A stretch of DNA of 64,000 bases from a virus (Duplodnaviria > Heunggongvirae > Uroviricota > Caudoviricetes): positions 23,495 through 87,494 of the IMG/VR virus record IMGVR_UViG_3300025597_000613; one strand, given 5' to 3'. Positions 44,621 through 54,011 of the stretch are shown here, in pieces. The notes under the pieces were generated by a model. The model had not been told where the DNA came from. It saw only the letters and a list, made by a program, of their open reading frames with translations, and did no database searches. A program made the translations under genes and the position numbers. The stretch's first letter is position 1; every line of letters begins with the position of its first letter.

Positions 44621-45676
44621 TTATTCCTCGTATTTAGCTTTCAACATTGGCATAAAATTAGCATTATTATCACCAATTTTCTTTAATGCCCATTTACCAC
44701 AGAACTTCATAAAGCCCATTCCGATTTCTACCGCCGGGACATTCTTTCGTTGAGTCTCTTCGGCAATAATGGTAAGGCATTGGGCCTTAACCTCATCCGG
44801 AATTTGTGATAGGTCGATAAGCTTACGATTCATATCGTAGCATTCTTTTACTTTTTGCTCCACCTTGTTGTGGTCAACCCATTTCTGGAGCATAAAGTTA
44901 TTCCAAGAATACCCCTTACCATTGCGGTCTTCGTATGCTTCCCTGATACCAACTGTTTTCTTGGTGCCCTTCTCTCTTACACCGGGATAGGCACTAAAGA
45001 TATTGTCGGTGTCATCACCACGGATACACTTTAGGAAAAGTGCATACTCGTACCAATCTTCTGCGGGAGTAAAGTTAGGATCAACATCACCGACCTTAAT
45101 TTTTGCACCACTTGTCAATGTGAATGCAAGCTTCTTGCCATCATCATTATAGATGCCGTCGCGCTGGATACGAATATCCTTAACAGGATCGTAAATGATT
45201 ACATTGGGGAAACGTAGCAATTGGAAAAAATCAGAGTCGGAACTGATAAGGACGTGCCTATCATCCGGATGGGCCTCGATGAACATAGTAATCATGTCAT
45301 CGGCTTCGGCCTTAGGATTACGAAGAACAGTGATGTTTGTTTTCTGATCAAGGTAATTTACTAGATCATCAAAGGCTTCTTGGAGGAGTTGCTGTTCTTC
45401 CTGCTCTTTTTCAGTAAGGGCAGCGTAAGCCACCTTTCTGTTTGCTTTGTAAGCAGGATAGACGTCTTTGCGCCAAGAACGCCCCTCAAGGAAGAATACG
45501 CAATGTGTACCCTGCCATGTATTATATTCCTTCTTCATACTATTTAGAATCATATGAAGAGCCATACCGATCATGCTGTCAATCCCGTAGGCAGGATTCG
45601 TCATGCGGATCTGGCGATAGAATAAATTTTGTCCGTCGTTAAGAATAAATGTATGCATGTGGCAAGTATATGACAC
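44621..45676 (-). CDS. 5'-3' exonuclease / flap endonuclease (T4 RNase H / T5 D15-like)
   Basis: VFFLEGRSWRKDVYPAYKANRK and VLISSDSDFFQL match FEN/53EXO metal-binding blocks. Confidence 0.8.
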   Translation of the reverse strand: MSYTCHMHTFILNDGQNLFYRQIRMTNPAYGIDSMIGMALHMILNSMKKEYNTWQGTHCVFFLEGRSWRKDVYPAYKANRKVAYAALTEKEQEEQQLLQEAFDDLVNYLDQKTNITVLRNPKAEADDMITMFIEAHPDDRHVLISSDSDFFQLLRFPNVIIYDPVKDIRIQRDGIYNDDGKKLAFTLTSGAKIKVGDVDPNFTPAEDWYEYALFLKCIRGDDTDNIFSAYPGVREKGTKKTVGIREAYEDRNGKGYSWNNFMLQKWVDHNKVEQKVKECYDMNRKLIDLSQIPDEVKAQCLTIIAEETQRKNVPAVEIGMGFMKFCGKWALKKIGDNNANFMPMLKAKYEE

Positions 45677-45690
45677 ACAACACTAATTTG

Positions 45691-45990
45691 TCAAACAAAA
45701 TAATCATCCATTTCTTCTGGATGATCCCTATCCCAAAAATAGGATAGCGCAGAAGCAATTACCTTCTTAAAATCAGGATCCCTAAACACCTTGTGTTCAC
45801 GTGGAATAGTCAACATCCATTCCCCGGGCATGCGTGAATATCTTTGAGCATCTAGTTTGCGCAATACGTCACCATCTGAGAGGCCCTCTCGATGTAATTC
45901 CATAAATTCAATTCCATCGAGTGTCACAATAACTGTGCGGAACCGACGCGGCTGAACTTCCTGCAATTCTAGCGTATTTTCCCTGGTCAT
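45691..45990 (-). CDS. hypothetical protein (99 aa)
   Basis: minus-strand ORF. Confidence 0.4.
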   Translation of the reverse strand: MTRENTLELQEVQPRRFRTVIVTLDGIEFMELHREGLSDGDVLRKLDAQRYSRMPGEWMLTIPREHKVFRDPDFKKVIASALSYFWDRDHPEEMDDYFV

Positions 45991-46709
45991 TTATATTCCC
46001 TACGTCCCTCTGAGCTCCAACGTTTTACTGTCTCAAGATTTGCCGCCGAATCTGCTGTAAAATCGCCGGTGCCGTCAAATTCCTCCAGGGCAATGTTACG
46101 GCAAACTTCCATAAACCATTGATTCACAATGGAATCTGGTGTAGGACCCTGGTATCCCTCTTTCTTTAGATTTTCTACAAAATATTCATTCCAGTCTAAT
46201 TCAAAGCTTCCTTCAAGGGACTTGGTACCACCGAAGTTCATCTCAAGGACATTTACCCACGGCTCTTTATTCAGTGTGGCAAATTTCTTCTCATACTCAA
46301 TCTGTTTGATCTTACCGGCTTTGTAGTCAATATCAAGTAACATCAATTCACGACGGGTTTCGTCCTCAACGAGGGATGCCAATTTACGAAGATGGTCGAA
46401 CTCATCGATGATTCCGTATTTCTTCTCGAAATCTGCAAGCTTTACCTTATAGTCTTTTTCTGTAAGAGTTGTCTTTTCTAGTTCAAGACATTGCCTCTCA
46501 AATTCTTGTTCATTGATAAGACCATGCTTCTTTGACCATTCCGCCATTTTAAGTTGGAACTGCAATTCGGACATAGAATCGCGATTGATTTCAATCAATC
46601 TTCTTTCAAGTTCGGCACCTGTTAATTCATATTCTGCCTTTGCAATTTCAAAGGTCTTTCCCTTTAGTCCCCAACTACCGGGTAACCAATTAAAAGGAAT
46701 CTTAGCCAT
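45987..46709 (-). CDS. hypothetical protein (240 aa)
   Basis: minus-strand ORF. Confidence 0.45.
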   Translation of the reverse strand: MAKIPFNWLPGSWGLKGKTFEIAKAEYELTGAELERRLIEINRDSMSELQFQLKMAEWSKKHGLINEQEFERQCLELEKTTLTEKDYKVKLADFEKKYGIIDEFDHLRKLASLVEDETRRELMLLDIDYKAGKIKQIEYEKKFATLNKEPWVNVLEMNFGGTKSLEGSFELDWNEYFVENLKKEGYQGPTPDSIVNQWFMEVCRNIALEEFDGTGDFTADSAANLETVKRWSSEGRREYK

Positions 46710-46906
46710 ATATATCTCCGTATTTGAGTGTGAATGAAAGACAATCTTCTGCTGTCTCGAATACCAAAATAAGAAAAAAAGATACCTTCTTCGCAGATGG
46801 TATCAAATTCAAATTTTTCAATCATATCTTTCTTTGCAATTTCCAGATCCTTTATGCCCTGAAAATATGCGGTATATTTAGTTCGAAAAATTCTATCATC
46901 ATGCAT
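46664..46906 (-). CDS. doubtful ORF (80 aa)
   Basis: overlaps the start of 45987..46709; C-terminal half looks non-protein-like. Confidence 0.2.
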   Translation of the reverse strand: MHDDRIFRTKYTAYFQGIKDLEIAKKDMIEKFEFDTICEEGIFFSYFGIRDSRRLSFIHTQIRRYIWLRFLLIGYPVVGD

Positions 46907-47135
46907 AAACTTGGGACCAATCCCTATTCCCCCATCGCAATTTGAATGCTAGAGCATCTTCCGAATTTTCAAACCACCATGTCGAATTATCAACCTTGAC
47001 GAAAAATTTTCCATCACTGTTATTATTTCTGCACCACGACATCATCACCGTGGCATAAAAAGTTCCGCCCTTCGGGCCCTGAACTGTTTTCCACTGAGAT
47101 TCTCGGTAGCGTTTCTGCCGATTCCAATACTGCAT
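46899..47135 (-). CDS. small protein, EDA-FK C-terminal motif family (member A)
   Basis: C-terminus WWFENSEDALAFKLRWG matches 50533..50841 and 52600..52806; N-terminal 37 codons overlap the end of 47023..47370 in another frame. Confidence 0.35.
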   Translation of the reverse strand: MQYWNRQKRYRESQWKTVQGPKGGTFYATVMMSWCRNNNSDGKFFVKVDNSTWWFENSEDALAFKLRWGNRDWSQVYA

Positions 47136-47370
47136 CTACTTTTATATATTTTCTAAAATCGTATTTCCACATAGGATACGATAATACATATCCTGTCCAA
47201 CCCTCGTCTGTAAATATAAAATACAGATAATGTTCAATGCTTCCCTCTTCTGTCCAATCTATATAGATTTCTTCTGCCCAGGTTCTCACAGTTTCGTCAA
47301 TATACCTGAAAGATTTTTCGAGAGATTTTTGGTCTCTCGGGTTATAGGGACCGCATTTGTATATAATCAT
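47023..47370 (-). CDS. hypothetical protein (start trimmed to ATG abutting QueE stop)
   Basis: ORF 47023..47427 in a different frame from 46899..47135; frameshift or sequencing error possible. Confidence 0.3.
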   Translation of the reverse strand: MIIYKCGPYNPRDQKSLEKSFRYIDETVRTWAEEIYIDWTEEGSIEHYLYFIFTDEGWTGYVLSYPMWKYDFRKYIKVDAVLESAETLPRISVENSSGPEGRNFLCHGDDVVVQK

Positions 47371-48245
47371 GCAAGGCTTGCGTACAGATGCATTTGAAGA
47401 TTGAGTCTTAGTCCGTGCTGAATACAATACTTCGCAGTGTATTCGTGATTTTCTTGATTAGCCTTCAGATTAAGAAGACCTGGTTCCCAGAAACTAATTA
47501 CTTCATCTACAGTTGATCTTTCATCTAATGTGATATTACCTTGCTTTTCAGAACGCAATAGCTTGATCTTCTGAGGGAAAGTATTGTAGATGTTCATGGG
47601 GCTGACATAGATTTCTTTCTTAGGATTGCTGAGTCTCCATTCAAGTGCCCAATCAGGAATGGTGTTGTATGGATTGCCAGGTTCAGCAGTCATAACAAAT
47701 TTCAAACAGTCCGCACGTTCAAGAATAGTTTTTGATGGTGCAAGATACTTTACCGCTACACCATTCTTTTCTACACACTTTGGGCTGCATACAAGTGTAA
47801 CACCCGCCGGAACGGTAGTATCAAGAATACCATTGCTCTCAACCTGTACTGCACCAAAATGCTCCAACTGTCTCTGCATGAATGCACTAATATTATCCTG
47901 TAGCAATGGTTCGCCACCCGTCATAACAAGTACCACTCCTGGATAGTTATTGAAACCATTTACGGCCCAGGTAGGTGCAGATTCACCTTTGTCATTCCAG
48001 AAGTTGCAAATTGTTTCATACATTTTACTTTCTATCTGGGTGGTATTTAACCAGTCACCATCATCGAAGAATGTATCACAGAAACTGCAATCAAGATTAC
48101 ATTTTGCTAATCTAATAAACAATGCAACTTTTCCAGCGTGTGGGCCTTCGCCCTGCAATGTGAAAAACATACTTGTTACAAAAAGACTATCGGCGGGTGC
48201 ATCCTTAAAGAATTTCTTGCCTACAATTTCATTGGTACCAAACAT
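47367..48245 (-). CDS. queE: 7-carboxy-7-deazaguanine synthase QueE (radical SAM)
   Basis: FFTLQGEGPHAGKVALFIRLAKCNLDCSFCDT aligns with the QueE N-terminal signature (TLQGEG...FIRL.GC..C..CDT). Confidence 0.85.
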   Translation of the reverse strand: MFGTNEIVGKKFFKDAPADSLFVTSMFFTLQGEGPHAGKVALFIRLAKCNLDCSFCDTFFDDGDWLNTTQIESKMYETICNFWNDKGESAPTWAVNGFNNYPGVVLVMTGGEPLLQDNISAFMQRQLEHFGAVQVESNGILDTTVPAGVTLVCSPKCVEKNGVAVKYLAPSKTILERADCLKFVMTAEPGNPYNTIPDWALEWRLSNPKKEIYVSPMNIYNTFPQKIKLLRSEKQGNITLDERSTVDEVISFWEPGLLNLKANQENHEYTAKYCIQHGLRLNLQMHLYASLA

Positions 48246-48835
48246 TATTCTTTTGCTCCTTTTAGCTTATCCATAATTTTAGATGCTTCCCATAGATAAG
48301 TCAAGTCATCTGCTGAAAGCGGCCCCTTATCTTTAGATATAGCAATAATTTCCTCAAACACGGTATCCCTCATTCGGCGTTTTGTACTTGCTGTTATGCC
48401 GGCGGCCATTTCTCCACCGATAGAAACTGCCTTTCCGAAAGCTTCTGCAGCCTCGTCGACATTGATTTCCTTAGCCCATTTAACTGAACCATCTCTTTCA
48501 AGTCGCACAATTTCTTGATTATTGGTACCATGCAAGGCAAATATAGACAATGGCGGATTATATCCAACGGTTGTACCCATTCCTAGAGCACCTGTACCAT
48601 ACGCTGTCGTAAAAATGGGGGCGTTTACGCCGCCAGCCATTGCGACCCCGGTTGCATTTATTGTAGGGGCAGGTGCTGCATTTGTTACAACACTTGTGAT
48701 ACCGGTATTATAGGCATGTGTAGGATAATGTGTAGGATAATTCGTCATAGTAGGAACTGCCTTCTCTTTAATTGGTGTCTTCTTTACGGTTAAAGATGTA
48801 ATAAGTTTCTGAAAAATTTGTTTCGGATTAAGCAT
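48245..48835 (-). CDS. hypothetical protein with Thr/Ala/Gly-rich low-complexity segment (196 aa)
   Basis: minus-strand ORF. Confidence 0.4.
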   Translation of the reverse strand: MLNPKQIFQKLITSLTVKKTPIKEKAVPTMTNYPTHYPTHAYNTGITSVVTNAAPAPTINATGVAMAGGVNAPIFTTAYGTGALGMGTTVGYNPPLSIFALHGTNNQEIVRLERDGSVKWAKEINVDEAAEAFGKAVSIGGEMAAGITASTKRRMRDTVFEEIIAISKDKGPLSADDLTYLWEASKIMDKLKGAKE

Positions 48836-49112
48836 TTGTACGCATCCATTTTAGAACTCTTTCTTTCTTGGCAATCTTTGCCTTTTCGAGTCCTTCTTCG
48901 GTAATACCAATACCTGCTTCTCTGCACATATCAATCATTGCTAATACATCTCCCAATTCCATTTCTAGGTTTTGGAGATTATTTAGCCCATCACCGGATT
49001 TGCGGTTCAATAAACCGAAACGCTTTATCTTAGATGCTGCCTGAATAACTTCGGAGCATTCCTCTTGAAGGATTTCAAGGCATTCCTCTTGGTGGTCAGT
49101 TAAATGACGCAT
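48828..49112 (-). CDS. MazG-like nucleotide pyrophosphohydrolase (small all-alpha NTP-PPase)
   Basis: EECLEILQEECSEVIQAASKIKRFG matches the MazG EExxE...A...FG helix motif. Confidence 0.5.
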   Translation of the reverse strand: MRHLTDHQEECLEILQEECSEVIQAASKIKRFGLLNRKSGDGLNNLQNLEMELGDVLAMIDMCREAGIGITEEGLEKAKIAKKERVLKWMRTNA

Positions 49113-50061
49113 ATTTCTTCTCCCATCCGAGGGCATGTTCAAGCATGTCCTCGATATTGTAATTTGGAGCCCAATCTAATACAGATTTTGCCCTATGAAT
49201 ATCGGCGGTTAATACAGCTGGATCCCCCGGTCTTCTTTCCTTATAAGAAATGTTTAGTTTCTTACCGGTTAGTTTTTCAGCAAATTTTACAAGAGTATAT
49301 ACACTGATTCCCACTCCTGATCCGAGATTTAGAGTTTCGCTACCCTTATCTCCACATAGAAATTCTACGGCCAAAACATGAGCATTGGCAATATCGGCAA
49401 CATGGACATAATCCCTTACACAGGTCCCGTCAAATGTATCATAGTCATTGCCATAGATAGAAAATTCCTCTCCAGTTAGAATTTTCTTACAGAGAATGGG
49501 AATAACGTGAGTGGCGGGATTCTGTACATATCCAAATCTTAGGGACGGATCGGCACCAGCGGCATTAAAATATCTGAAATTTACATATTTCAATCCGTAT
49601 GCCTTAGAATAATCTCTGATCAACAATTCTCCCGCCGCCTTGGTTGAGGCATAGGGATTGATTGGTGAATATGGGAGAGTTTCGGGCAGTAAAGCACTTC
49701 CACCCTGCGAACCATAAATTCCGCCGCTAGAACTATAGATGATTTTATTCATGCCTAGCTCAACCATCTTGTCAAGCATAACCTTCATTTTTACCACATT
49801 ATTTTCGTAGAATTCAGAGGGAATTTCTGTGCTCTTATGCACAATGTGATCCGCTGCTAGATGTATAACCGTATCGAATTTTTCCTCTAGATTATTGAAG
49901 AATTCTGCATAGTCAATAACCTTATAGAGTCCTGCCGGCATATGTCTCGGATTTTCACGATCAACAATTGTTATATCGTATCCGCGGGCGGCCAGCGCCC
50001 AGGCAGTCTGATTTCCTATAAATCCACCGCCGCCTGTAATGAGTATCTTATTGTTCACCAA
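49096..50061 (-). CDS. NAD-dependent nucleotide-sugar epimerase/dehydratase (GalE-like extended SDR)
   Basis: ITGGGGFIG Rossmann motif; catalytic YASTKAAGE (YxxxK). Confidence 0.75.
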   Translation of the reverse strand: MVNNKILITGGGGFIGNQTAWALAARGYDITIVDRENPRHMPAGLYKVIDYAEFFNNLEEKFDTVIHLAADHIVHKSTEIPSEFYENNVVKMKVMLDKMVELGMNKIIYSSSGGIYGSQGGSALLPETLPYSPINPYASTKAAGELLIRDYSKAYGLKYVNFRYFNAAGADPSLRFGYVQNPATHVIPILCKKILTGEEFSIYGNDYDTFDGTCVRDYVHVADIANAHVLAVEFLCGDKGSETLNLGSGVGISVYTLVKFAEKLTGKKLNISYKERRPGDPAVLTADIHRAKSVLDWAPNYNIEDMLEHALGWEKKYASFN

Positions 50062-50278
50062 CCGTCATCCTTTCGATAATCTTGTAGGCCTCAAAAGCCT
50101 CTCTTAGTGCAGGGTACTTATCGAGATGCACGGCCGGCGGATCAATAATCAACAAACGACGTTCTACCTTTCGCAGGCGTTCTTCGATATCCATAACAGG
50201 ATACTTGTTATTTTGCCCACTGTATGATTTTGACCAAGCTATGGTTTCTGAATCAAAATCACTTTCCATGATTTTCAT
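50048..50278 (-). CDS. hypothetical protein, tandem paralog (KYPALREAFEAYKIIER)
   Basis: homologous to the adjacent ORF 50259..50543. Confidence 0.4.
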   Translation of the reverse strand: MKIMESDFDSETIAWSKSYSGQNNKYPVMDIEERLRKVERRLLIIDPPAVHLDKYPALREAFEAYKIIERMTVGEQ

Positions 50279-50543
50279 TTACCAACCTCTCAATAATTTT
50301 ATATTGTTCGTATGCTTCTTTTAGGGCAGGAAATTTATCATGCAATCCAAAGGACGGATGAAGAATTGCAAGTCGTTCTTCGATTTTTTCCATCCTTAGA
50401 TTTAGCTCATTGAATTCCCTATTATTTTTCAAATCCAATTCAATTGAACTCCAGCTTGCACCATTTCCGACGCCGTTAGATATAAGAACCCCGTTTCCTG
50501 CTGTAAGTGTAGGAACGCCGTGCCATGCTTGATTAGTCGCCAT
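50259..50543 (-). CDS. hypothetical protein, tandem paralog (KFPALKEAYEQYKIIER)
   Basis: shares IEERL...LHDKFPALKEAYEQYKIIERL block with 50048..50278. Confidence 0.4.
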   Translation of the reverse strand: MATNQAWHGVPTLTAGNGVLISNGVGNGASWSSIELDLKNNREFNELNLRMEKIEERLAILHPSFGLHDKFPALKEAYEQYKIIERLVNENHGK

Positions 50544-50841
50544 ATTTTATCCTAAACATTAATGCATCATCCGGATCTTCAAATCCTATATAGACGCAAT
50601 CGATATAATTTTGATTTATTGAAATTGATCCTTTGGAATTTTTATTCAACCACATTATCCATTCGTAGGAATCAATAGCATCAATAACTCTCTTCTTTAA
50701 AACAACCTTATACTTTTCGTCGAACCCCGGGGTTACTTCTTGAGGCTTGATATTTTCTTCTTGATGAGGTTCTTCTGCAATGGGCTTAGGTGGTCGTAGA
50801 AAGTCAAACCATTTAGGTGATCTAATTCGTGTTGGAAACAT
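50533..50841 (-). CDS. small protein, EDA-FK motif family (member B)
   Basis: C-terminus VYIGFEDPDDALMFRIKYGD; first 36 codons overlap the 3' end of the PDF gene, no alternative start before Met63. Confidence 0.35.
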   Translation of the reverse strand: MFPTRIRSPKWFDFLRPPKPIAEEPHQEENIKPQEVTPGFDEKYKVVLKKRVIDAIDSYEWIMWLNKNSKGSISINQNYIDCVYIGFEDPDDALMFRIKYGD

Positions 50842-51248
50842 ACTGAATCTAATCCTTGGAGGGTAAGCTCAAAGAATTCTCCATTTTCGTCCTGTGCCAT
50901 GATGTGTATCTTATTAGGTCTTTTCACATAGGCAAAGATATCGGGGAAACTTAGGCACCCTTCTCTCCATCTTTCTGTATCCTTAGCATCAATAATTTCC
51001 GGATTAATGAATACCCTGCGTTTTTGACCACTATTCGATGTATCGGTGACAAATATTCTTTTTGTTACTCCGACTTGATTTGCCGAAAGACCCACACCAT
51101 TCTTGTTGTACATTGTAATGAACATATTTTGAACAAGTTCTTTTAGTTCATTATCAAATACAGTCACGGGTTCGCAGATTTCCTTAAGAATAGGATCCGG
51201 AAAGATCCTAATCTCTAGAAGCTTCGGCTCAGGTAATTCTACTGTCAT
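50733..51248 (-). CDS. def: peptide deformylase
   Basis: all three PDF motifs: GVGLSANQVG, EGCLSFP, QHELDHLNG. Confidence 0.85.
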   Translation of the reverse strand: MTVELPEPKLLEIRIFPDPILKEICEPVTVFDNELKELVQNMFITMYNKNGVGLSANQVGVTKRIFVTDTSNSGQKRRVFINPEIIDAKDTERWREGCLSFPDIFAYVKRPNKIHIMAQDENGEFFELTLQGLDSVCFQHELDHLNGLTFYDHLSPLQKNLIKKKISSLKK

Positions 51249-51592
51249 ACTCTATATGATAGGACAGCACCGTTTTCCGCGTCTTCACTTACTTCGACAT
51301 CAATACCTCGACCTGTGTATTTCTTTGAAATATAATCAATCAGGTCTTCTGCAAGCATTTCGCAGCTCTTATAATCCATTTGCAGTGTGTTGGAACCATA
51401 GAGTGCCTCGAGTTCTCTCTTGAATAGGATGAACTCAATATCTCTATCGTTATGGAACACATCGATGGTTACCCTGAAATGAAAAATGTGCCTATGTGGA
51501 TAGGCCAAGAATTCAACACCCTCAGGGGCGGCCGGGTATTTGTGAATACCCTCTTTCTGAAATGTTACAAAGATTTTTCTTTTGCTAATCAT
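51245..51592 (-). CDS. queD: QueD-like 6-carboxytetrahydropterin synthase (PTPS fold)
   Basis: FVTFQKEGIHKYPAAPEG...YPHRHIFHFRVTI parallels QueD F.FEAAHRLP.VPEG...LHGHSF.V.LEI (HRH in place of HGH); ~115 aa. Confidence 0.6.
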   Translation of the reverse strand: MISKRKIFVTFQKEGIHKYPAAPEGVEFLAYPHRHIFHFRVTIDVFHNDRDIEFILFKRELEALYGSNTLQMDYKSCEMLAEDLIDYISKKYTGRGIDVEVSEDAENGAVLSYRV

Positions 51593-52410
51593 TATTGTGC
51601 CTTCTTCTTGCCCTTAGCCTTAGTCCCCGCTTCCGCGTATGCTTCTGCAGCTGATTGAGGTGACGATGGAACTGCCGTATCTTCATTTGCTTTTTGAACT
51701 TCATTTGGATCGGGCTTTAGTTGTGATTTCGAATTAGGATCAAGACCTAAAGAACCATCATTCTTCATTTCGTCTTTGATCTTATCGAGAACAGTTTCTG
51801 TAATTTCAGCATTACCTGTGTCAACAATAGTGGTGGTTTTCGGAACGGGAACTCTCAGTCCGCCCGCCCAACCTGTGGGGCCTGGATCAACTACTACTGT
51901 ATTTTCAATGACTACATCACTGCCATAATCCTGCCAATCAGTGAAACGATTGCTATCTGTTACTTCATGCCAGTGTAGACACCATACACCGGGATTCGTT
52001 GCCTTGAAATCAACATCATCAATTTTTACTGTAAGGTTGACACTTGATGTCTGTACCTTAGGAATACGAACTCCTAACAAAGGTACAAATTGACGGCATT
52101 GCCAGATACCCGGATTTAGCATCTTTAGAACATGTTCATGTTCATGTGCTTGATAATCAAGAGTTACCCAATATCCGAAGTCAAGCATTGCTGTAATAAC
52201 TTCGTTCCAATATGGATCTTCCGATGCCGAATTAAACGAATGATTGGCACCCATAAAGATGTGTGAAACTTTATGTTCCTGTGCAAGTTTTCTAATGTCA
52301 GCAATTGTTTGCTTACCTACCACAAATAGTGTCTTTCTAGAATATGCGGGAGTATGTTCAACTTCCGGTCCAATGAAAAACTTTGTATTGTTATGACCTT
52401 CTCTGTTCAT
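51592..52410 (-). CDS. hypothetical protein (272 aa) with Thr-rich/acidic C-terminal tail
   Basis: minus-strand ORF between QueD-like and GT genes; no motif recognised. Confidence 0.45.
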   Translation of the reverse strand: MNREGHNNTKFFIGPEVEHTPAYSRKTLFVVGKQTIADIRKLAQEHKVSHIFMGANHSFNSASEDPYWNEVITAMLDFGYWVTLDYQAHEHEHVLKMLNPGIWQCRQFVPLLGVRIPKVQTSSVNLTVKIDDVDFKATNPGVWCLHWHEVTDSNRFTDWQDYGSDVVIENTVVVDPGPTGWAGGLRVPVPKTTTIVDTGNAEITETVLDKIKDEMKNDGSLGLDPNSKSQLKPDPNEVQKANEDTAVPSSPQSAAEAYAEAGTKAKGKKKAQ

Positions 52411-52411
52411 G

Positions 52412-52600
52412 TTAGTTCCTATCTGAAAATTCTACCAATCGAATTTTAGTGTCATATTGATCACTAAAACCATCATTCCTTAATGCTTCCCTGAGATTTT
52501 CGAGAACGTCCTCGCATCCAGAATTTCCCGAATCTGCAAGGTTTTCCCAATATTCATCATTACCCTCAGTAATAACAATTTCAAAAACGTATCTCTTCAT
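52412..52600 (-). CDS. hypothetical acidic small protein
   Basis: start trimmed to ATG abutting stop of upstream ORF. Confidence 0.35.
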   Translation of the reverse strand: MKRYVFEIVITEGNDEYWENLADSGNSGCEDVLENLREALRNDGFSDQYDTKIRLVEFSDRN

Positions 52601-52806
52601 TATACACCCATCGCCATCTTGAAAACAATGGCATCCTCGCCTTTTGAAAAATAAAATTCGGAATAATTTGAGAAGGGACACCAGGCCCAGCAATTATCCT
52701 GCCTGTACCTGTTGAATTCACCGAATTTCTCTACGCAAAATCTTACCGCAGATACTACAGTATCGTTCGGAATCTTACATATTATTATGCGAGAATTTTC
52801 TCGCAT
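52600..52806 (-). CDS. small protein, EDA-FK motif family (member C)
   Basis: C-terminus FYFSKGEDAIVFKMAMGV; start trimmed to clear the GT gene. Confidence 0.3.
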   Translation of the reverse strand: MRENSRIIICKIPNDTVVSAVRFCVEKFGEFNRYRQDNCWAWCPFSNYSEFYFSKGEDAIVFKMAMGV

Positions 52807-52810
52807 GCCT

Positions 52811-53989
52811 TCAATACTTTGGACGAGCAACATGCTTTCTGTAATCGTTATTATTTCTTGCCCACTGCTGACCGCCACCTTCTAGAATATCAATGGTGCG
52901 ATCAATGGTTCCATTTTGCCAATCACTTACGGCACCGGTAGAATATGCCCATGGCGACAATATCATGCTTCTAAGTCTCATATTGGCATCCTGGATGCTC
53001 CATGGGATATACATATTATCGGCATTATTGGCGAACACCTCTGGAAAACTTCTATATGCAGGATAAAGAGTCAGTGTGCCAAAGGTATCGGCCTCGCTAA
53101 CGGTGTTGCTTACCCAATCCTGTAATGCACAATTGAACAGAACCATGCTATTGGATAGAAGTGTGTAATAATCATTCTTCTTCAATCCTGTGTAGATTTT
53201 GAAATTAGCCTTGTCACTTCCCTGCAATGCTAGGGCGCGTTCCACTAATTCGTGATTATTACTCTTTAGTTCGGGATGACCACAAAACACCGCAAACTCT
53301 ACATCGGGCGTATGTTTATAGAATTCTTCTGCAAGATCCATATAAAAATGCGGTTGCTTCTCATCGTCCCAGCGTGCTGCAAACCCGACGCGCCTAGTTC
53401 TCTGTGTGATGTCTTTAGGTGCAGGAATACGACTACGTACTTCATCTTTACCAAACGGCAAGCCAGTCACATAGATTGGGGCAGTCATGCCTGCAATGCG
53501 CAGATGAGCTACCATTTCTTCACTAGCCACAAGTATACCAGTAACAAATTCGTCAACCATCTGTTCATATTTTCTCATCCAATGAGCCATTCCCTCACGG
53601 TTCACGAAATCGTCTGGATCGATAGTTTGTGCAAGGCATCTAACATAAACCATGGGACGATATTCTGCAGGAACCTGTTCAAGAATATATGGTAGACTTT
53701 CAATACCCGGAGTATACATATCTTCATAGAAGATGACGTCTTCGCTTGTAACCTTACCTTCTTTCATCAACTTAATAAGATTTGCAGTTTGATGAAGACT
53801 GTAGAAGGTACGACCATGGGCATCAAGAACACTACCGGTAACAATTTTCTTATCTGTGGTTAATTCCATGCCGGTAATGCATTCATAATCAATTCCGCGT
53901 AGTTTGAACACACGCTCATTCCAATCTTGCAATTGAAGTGTGTAACGACTTTCATAAGATTCAAGGCCCATATACCAAATTTTTCGCAT
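52811..53989 (-). CDS. putative glycosyltransferase (GT-B-like)
   Basis: ~390 aa; weak GT-B features (RVGFAARWDDEKQPHF mid-protein, C-terminal E-x7-E-like SEADTFGTLTLYP); assignment tentative. Confidence 0.35.
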   Translation of the reverse strand: MRKIWYMGLESYESRYTLQLQDWNERVFKLRGIDYECITGMELTTDKKIVTGSVLDAHGRTFYSLHQTANLIKLMKEGKVTSEDVIFYEDMYTPGIESLPYILEQVPAEYRPMVYVRCLAQTIDPDDFVNREGMAHWMRKYEQMVDEFVTGILVASEEMVAHLRIAGMTAPIYVTGLPFGKDEVRSRIPAPKDITQRTRRVGFAARWDDEKQPHFYMDLAEEFYKHTPDVEFAVFCGHPELKSNNHELVERALALQGSDKANFKIYTGLKKNDYYTLLSNSMVLFNCALQDWVSNTVSEADTFGTLTLYPAYRSFPEVFANNADNMYIPWSIQDANMRLRSMILSPWAYSTGAVSDWQNGTIDRTIDILEGGGQQWARNNNDYRKHVARPKY

Positions 53990-54011
53990 TAGTAGTTCTC
54001 CAGTTCTATGT

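Noticed and set aside
51592-52410. 272-aa protein as FolE (GTP cyclohydrolase I) or QueC
   Set aside because: Contains HEHEH but not the FolE CEHH/zinc motif, nor the QueC SGGxDS PP-loop; left as hypothetical.
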